Part shown: one piece after another, positions 62,362-64,000 of the stretch
Numbering within the stretch: position 1 is the first letter of the stretch
Layout: the number at the start of each line of letters is the position of its first letter
Assembly: GCA_965223905.1 (NCBI GenBank)
Contig: CBDCXV010000001.1
Span: 320,001 to 384,000, forward strand
Reading direction: 5' to 3'
DNA: 64,000 bases
Source: Candidatus Latescibacterota bacterium
GTDB lineage: Bacteria; Latescibacterota; UBA2968; UBA8231
Position numbers and translations under genes: made by a program
Notes under the pieces: model-generated
What the model saw: the letters and a program-made list of their open reading frames with translations, nothing else
The model's database searches: none
What the model was told of the DNA's origin: nothing

Positions 62362-62605
62362 TGCCGCACGATTGGGAGCCGATGGTGATTCGGATCGATC
62401 ATCGGTTCACTGCGGTCGCGGCTCAAGGACCGAAGGCACGTGAAAAAATCCTTTTCGATTGTCAGCTGGCCGATCTTGACTTGCAACGCCTTTACCTTCG
62501 CCTCATGGTCGGCGGTGCCGGAAGAGACCTTGCGGACGAACACCTCCGGATAGGTCCTTTCTGGCCTTCCGTTTCAGTTGTGCAATTTAGTTTGGATGCA
62601 GTTGA
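62362..62605 (-). mobile_element. IS3-family remnant (one end plus OrfA/OrfB junction)
   Basis: Minus strand begins TCAACTGCATCCAAACT (IS3-like end) and encodes 'KALQVKIGQLTIEKDFF' and 'MIDPNHHRLPIVRQ'. Confidence 0.6.
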
Positions 62606-62714
62606 AGCTTGGCAGCGAGCCCGGTTCTCGTTTTCCAGGGTCTTTCTACGTGGGTATGGGCGAAGATATGGGTTGTTGCTTGACAGTAGTCCGTTATGCC
62701 GGAAGGAGAACAAA

Positions 62715-63438
62715 GTGATCTGTCGCCTGTGTCAAGATGAAAATGGCCTCAAGAATTCGCACATCATTCCAGAGTTTTTCTACAAGCCAATCTACGACTC
62801 CAGGCATCGTCTTCATTTGCGTAAGTCAGGGATAACGCGTCACAGGCAAACCTTTGCAAAAAGGAATTCGGGAAAGGCTCCTGTGTGAGGATTGCGAGCA
62901 ACAACTGAGCCGAAACGAGAAATATGTCAGGGAAGTGCTATTTGGTGGCACGGAGATCGGGATAAGGAGATTTCAGCATAAGCGCGTGCTATCCAATCTC
63001 GATTATAAGAAGGTACGCCTTTTCTTCCTATCCCTCATCTGGAGAATGAGCGTAGCTTCTGAACATTCGATGTGGAAGAACGTCAACCTCGGACCTCATG
63101 AAGAGCCGATACGCCTCATGGTGTACAGCGAGATTCCCGGTGAACCGTGGAAGTACGGCTTTATGTGCATAGTTCCTCTCTTTGATGAAAAAATTCTCGA
63201 GGATTTGATTCTTGAGCCAGATTATGTCTCAAATGAATGGGGAAGGTTGTACCGGGTTGTCCTTAGTGGATTTTTGTACTGCTTTCATATTTCGAACCAA
63301 CGCCTTCCAGGACAGATGGACGAATGGTTGATTCGGAAGGATGGATCATGGGTGATCCCTTTTAGAGACGTAAGGGAAATACAATTTATCCGTGAGGAAG
63401 CGGAGCGAATATCCGGAAACATGGGAGTTTGGGCATGA
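62715..63438 (+). pseudogene. HNH-like zinc-binding protein, frameshifted
   Basis: AAGGAG RBS and GTG; 'CRLC...NSHIIP', frame change near 62850, then 'LLCEDCEQ', 'LFFLSLIWRMS'. Confidence 0.68.
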
Positions 63439-63503
63439 CATCGACTTGCACCAAACGGGTCACTCGCTCGCCATTGTTCCCCTAAAGAGGGAAGAGTTTA
63501 GGC
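63433..63503 (+). other. Degenerate attC-like site
   Basis: GCATGAC (R''-like, overlapping the stop), 5 nt, CTTGCACC (L''-like) ... AGGGAAG ... GTTTAGGC. R'' is near-complementary to GTTATGC at 62693-62699. Confidence 0.4.
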
Positions 63504-63638
63504 GCCGGGGGGATTAATAGTGTGTCCGGTGTCAACGATGTGAGCATTGCCTACCGGAGACGCCGCTTTCACCTGCCGACCGAGCCTTGGTCTAGTTACG
63601 AGAAATTCCTGTAACCTCTCCCGCCCGTCAATCCCGTA

Positions 63639-63824
63639 ATGGATACTTTTCGATATACCGAATTACAAAAAAATCGGATGAACGCCATAGAAAATGAACG
63701 AAAAGCATTCGTCTCGAGGTTGGCCCAGGAGAACTGGGTTTTTTACGGATCACCCGATGGCCGCGGCATACTGCGTGCCTTCGAGTTGGCCTTCGAGAAT
63801 CAATGGGTATACCTGTTTGAGTAA
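63639..63824 (+). CDS. Short hypothetical ORF or gene fragment
   Basis: 61-aa ATG ORF with protein-like composition; no recognised motif. Confidence 0.3.
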   Translation: MDTFRYTELQKNRMNAIENERKAFVSRLAQENWVFYGSPDGRGILRAFELAFENQWVYLFE

Positions 63825-64000
63825 CCGTTCAGTTCCCCTGGCAGGTTGGGGCGGGGGCGGAATGGTAGCAGGTTGACTATTACTACGGGGAGTAATTGAA
63901 AGTTTACAACACTCTCGAAGGGGAAATGGTGCCATCTATGTCACCTATTTACCGCTCCCCGTAATAACGAATGGGGGAGTGGGTTGAAGGCAGCAGCGAG

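Overview
This is the replication-origin region of a GC-rich bacterial chromosome. The gene style suggests an uncultured Latescibacterota/Gemmatimonadota-like lineage, possibly host-associated; that is inference only. Left part: the tail of a cytochrome c maturation cluster (ccmH end, ccmI-like, an accessory membrane protein, ccmABCD), two tandem DUF151+UVR nuclease genes, a lipoprotein and a diheme c-type cytochrome. Next is a minus-strand block: rpmH-rnpA-yidD-yidC-mnmE-[2 parS]-rsmG, a CDP-alcohol phosphatidyltransferase, tmk, ctpA, rne/rng, rplU-rpmA, frdABCD, a decayed IS630 and sucCD. On the plus strand follow dnaA, oriC (DnaA boxes, IHF-like site, AT-rich trios), a decayed IS3-family element inserted between dnaA and dnaN, dnaN-recF-dciA-gyrB-gyrA and three tRNAs (Ser-TGA, Ser-GCT, Gln-CTG). 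From about 36.4 kb the content is mixed metabolic and accessory: sugar ABC permeases and binding protein, fumC, aspartokinase, purM, two Gfo/Idh/MocA genes, a Fic protein, two PIN toxin-antitoxin pairs, polyamine-type ABC subunits and many frameshifted or deleted genes. The last 6 kb looks like a defence or cassette island: an ABC-type AAA ATPase coupled to a small PD-(D/E)xK-like protein, an Mrr-like nuclease, a trypsin protease fused to a predicted outer-membrane barrel, an IS3 scar, and an HNH-like gene bounded by integron attI/attC-like core sites. All calls were made by eye from motifs; no database searches were run.
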